Origin: Perna viridis
Lineage: Eukaryota
Assembly (NCBI GenBank): GCA_037379345.1
Contig: CM074518.1
Location: 45,535,586-45,599,585 of the forward strand
Direction of reading: 5' to 3'
Length of the DNA stretch: 64,000 nucleotides
Shown: in pieces, positions 60,601-64,000 of the stretch
How positions within the stretch are numbered: position 1 is the first letter of the stretch
Layout: every line of letters starts with the position of its first letter
Program-made: the position numbers and the translations under genes
Notes under the pieces: generated by a model
Seen by the model: the letters and a program-made list of their open reading frames with translations, nothing else
Databases searched by the model: none
Told to the model about the DNA's origin: nothing

Positions 60601-63543
60601 GAGGAGTTGTGTCCACAAGGTGTTCCTATTACGAATAATGTGAAAAATGAACAAAGTCCCATAATTCCCATAAAAATTGTCTGATCAAAATGGCGGTTAA
60701 GTATGATCAACTATATATGGTGACAAACAATCCTACAAAATTTGGTCTAATTCCATACAGCCGTTTCTGAGGAGTTGTGTCCACAAGCTTCGGACGCACG
60801 GACGGACACCAGAATTTCTATGTCCCCCCTCCGCGTTGCAGCGGGGGATAACAAAATGTCATTTACAGTAGAGTTCATTTATAACGAATCTCAGGGGACT
60901 GTCTTAGTTACTTCGTTATATGCATCCTACATTATATTAAGATGTTTTTTTTTTTCAAAATTAGGATTATCTCCCTTTCGTTTCCTTAAAAGTGGTATTA
61001 TTGCTTCAGATGTAACAATATTGATGCGTTATTTTCTAACAGTAAATTAAATAATTGTTTTGTAATGAGTATTTATTATGAATTATGAATAAAAAAGAAA
61101 ATTTTTTTTGTTGCTGTTGTAGTTGTTTTCATAAACTCTTTTTATAAACTCGCATACTTTCTCTCTTATCAGTGTTCTAGTCTGTCTTTCTGGTGGAGTG
61201 TCCATGTGACACCCCCAAAACCAGGATAAGCATTATGTGGTTAAACTGTTACATAGTATCGAGGTCAGTTGCCTTTCTCTTCATACTGGAGTTTCTATTT
61301 TGTGAAATATTTTTATCATCAAACCTTTTTGAGTCTGCAGTAATTTACACACCATATTCCACCAATTGAAGCGTGAAAAACTATTGTTTTGATGAACTAC
61401 CAACAAATGTAATCATAAAATCAAAAAAGTTCAAAATCTGGGATGCTCTTTGGCTAAATTTTTCAAAGGCTTGAGTGTCATCATTTGATTGATATTTTAT
61501 TGAGTAATAAAAAAAAAATACAGGTAAGATTAGTCGATCTTCCAACTGTGTGTTCATCAACCGTGAAATTGGTAATTAATCAATTACCATGAGCAGCAGA
61601 CAACTGATGCCCGATGTGTACATAACAATTAAATTGACCTTTCATTTTATCCAGGCAAACTTCAGCTATAAGTCTGTCGCCGGGCCCTAAGAAATACTTC
61701 GTTATATCCCTGATTTCGCTATAACGAATTCGTTATATCAATGACGATATGCATTAGACTGGGAAATATGTTCTAATTCATTGTAAACCTAAATTTGTTA
61801 TAAGCCTGTACGTTATAAGTGAACACTACTGTATTTGATTATCGGTACCGTAATTTGCTAAGTACGATGCATCATAGAAATGATGCTCATTATCTGAAAT
61901 ATGTTGAAAACTAGACATTGCTCTTAACAGGACTAATCCCCCCTGCAGCCTGATGAACCCTGTGTGTTGAGGACAAATCTGGACACATGATTCATGTTGG
62001 ACACAATTTTTATGGGGATAAACTCAGCAATATTGAAACACAATTTTACTGCCATTTCAAAAACCACGATCAGCACTATTTTTTTTGGATAACACAATGA
62101 CAGAAATGACTGCAAATTTACTTTAAACCTAATCTCCAGATAATATGCACATCCTAATATGGTAATCTAACACCCCATCAAGTCTCAAAATAATCCTGCA
62201 AGTAGTTGAAGAGGACTTGTGGACAATGCATCAGACCAAATTTTGCTGAAAAATGCTTAAGTTCAAACTGCCGTCACTTTTACAATTTTTGCCCATACAT
62301 AACTTCCTGAATATACACCTCCCAATATAGTCATTTAACACCCCATTAAGTTTGATAACAATCATGCCAATACTGAAGGAGTTATGGACGACAGATGACA
62401 CCAAAGTTTGCTGAAAAATGTCTGTTTAAGTTCAACAGCTGTCATTTCTACAATTTTTTCCAAACATAAATTCCTGACAGTATGCACATCTCCAAGTAGT
62501 TATATTACATCCAACAAAGTTTCATAACAATGCTGCAACTGCTAAGACAATAACTAGGGCAGACAAGGTGAAACCTATATACCCATGAGTATTCATTAAA
62601 TGTAGGACTACTTTGTTTGATGACCATCGATCAGGATGATTCGTGATGATTAGAAAAGTATAGTATTGATTGATTTATATTATTTCAGGATAAGTTTTTA
62701 AGAAATTTGCGATATATTGCTGTACATCCCTATTTCAGACTGACCCCATTTATTTCTTGTTTCAAGTCAGCTTGCCAATCCAAGCTTTACCAGCAAGTAT
62801 ACATAAAAGTAAAAGACTATTGTGCTAATTACAGATAACACCACTTAACCGCTTAACTCAAAATCATGATGTATATCATTTGTCCATGTACATACAAAAA
62901 TGTATTACGATATTTTCAATGATGGTAGATAAAAATCGGCCATGTCATAGATTCAACACTTACTGTATTACAATGAAGTCCAAGGTAGTTGACCAAGTGG
63001 CAAGGAAACTGATTTGTTATTTTTCTAAACGATAAATAGATTTTAACAGATTACAAAAACTTCTATTTACTTACTATATCTGGTTCAAAGTTGTAGAGAG
63101 GATTAGCTGTAGTCCTTCTTCTCCTATCATATTTCTTGTTCTTTAATTCTATAAGGAGACAACATGAAAATTTACTTCATGAATTTTATTAGGTCGGGCA
63201 TTATTTTTTATTGGTTCTCAACCATTTTTCATGCACTGCTATTCACTTGCTACATTTGGCTTGAAGTTATAGAGAGGATTTGTTGGTTATTTTACTGATA
63301 TGGCAATAAAAATTTGTACCCTCAAAACAAAGAGGGGAGGATCCGATAATCATTTTTTTTTAATTGGCATAAGAAAATATGAATTTAATTTTTTCCAATT
63401 TATTGACTTTCTATACACCCAGAATTATATAACTGTCTTTTATGCTGACAAGTGTGTTACATGGTACATTAATATTTTTATTCTTTCTTACCACTAAGAG
63501 CTTCTTTGGTGATGAGTTCCAGTGCATTCATAAAGTTCAATTT
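51606..63543 (-). CDS. PHF21A: PHD finger protein 21A (BHC80)-like, 3' part; exons 63543-63492, 63148-63075, 59263-59209, 58814-58705, 57075-56929, 55866-55794, 52545-52442, 51707-51606
   Basis: Phase-consistent GT-AG exons give KLNFMNALELIT, RRRRTTANPLYNFEP, AT-hook KRSRGRPPK, PHD CTKC..LIPCDTCHRSYHIHCVEPPL..IPEGKWSCTKC, and coiled coil AKEEEKRKL ending NFIKVIQAS*. The 5' end lies beyond the window. Confidence 0.9.
53445..54888. repeat. 40/41-bp satellite array (~36 copies) in a PHF21A intron
   Basis: Unit caggagaacaaaagcttaagtctataaaatccatttggtg(c). Confidence 0.95.
60264..60855 (-). mobile_element. Helentron-associated/DINE-like non-autonomous element
   Basis: AACAAG plus hairpin atgctatgcatagc, atgtccccc repeated at both ends, cgga microsatellite, terminal hairpin ccccctccgcgttgcagcggggg, and internal ~175-bp tandem units. 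Confidence 0.6.
60866..61831. mobile_element. Tc1/mariner (pogo-like) non-autonomous element
   Basis: TA TSDs. TIRs cagtagagttcatttataacg / cgttataagtgaacactactg (2 mismatches). Confidence 0.75.
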
Positions 63544-64000
63544 CTAAAAATATGAAAATACATAACAGTAAATTATTTATTTGTTAAATACATTTGTGCA
63601 AATTAGAACTTAAAACAAATATGTATCTTCTTTTTTAAACAAATTCATAAAACAAAAACATATTTATTATAGAGGTACATTTCACTGATTCTAGTGCAAA
63701 TGTACTCAATTACATAAACAATTCTAGAGTAAAATATGTTGTAAGAAGTGACTTCACAAGTATTATTTATTTATGATGCCATTCATATATCTCAATTAAA
63801 ACTGTGGTATTTCACATAACATGTACATGTAGAACTCTTAATGAGGGAACCATACCATAAATCAGCCCTTCAAGGAGCTGTACTTTACAAGTTGTTACAA
63901 ACTCATATATATTTATAGATATCATGTATATTGGTAAGACCATTTGGTTATACGGAGTGTATTTCTTTGTTTGTAAAACTGTAAATGCTACTTTAATGCT

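Overview
AT-rich eukaryotic genomic DNA, probably from a bivalve mollusc (inferred from the style of the repeats). It contains three host genes: an SLC45A3-like MFS transporter (+, 1893-4200), an uncharacterised secreted coiled-coil protein with furin-type sites (+, exons 36255-42605, candidate first exon near 16917) and the 3' part of a PHF21A-like PHD/AT-hook gene (-, 51606-63543). The centre holds a GC-rich, full-length but decayed Maverick/Polinton endogenous virus at 20589-35345. It has 156-bp TIRs starting AGTAGT, a 6-bp TSD (CTTCTT), and genes for pPolB, adenain protease, integrase, PLA2, packaging ATPase, major and minor capsid and core proteins. The most unusual feature is a family-A-like TVpol polymerase domain (~22720-23720) sitting inside the protein-primed family-B polymerase gene, between the Exo II region and the KGVYPY motif. 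The same gene is interrupted by a 1.8-kb Mutator-like element (9-bp TSD) carrying a spliced PHD-finger minigene. The virus itself sits inside a Penelope-like retroelement fragment. MITEs, Helentron-like elements and minisatellites fill the rest.
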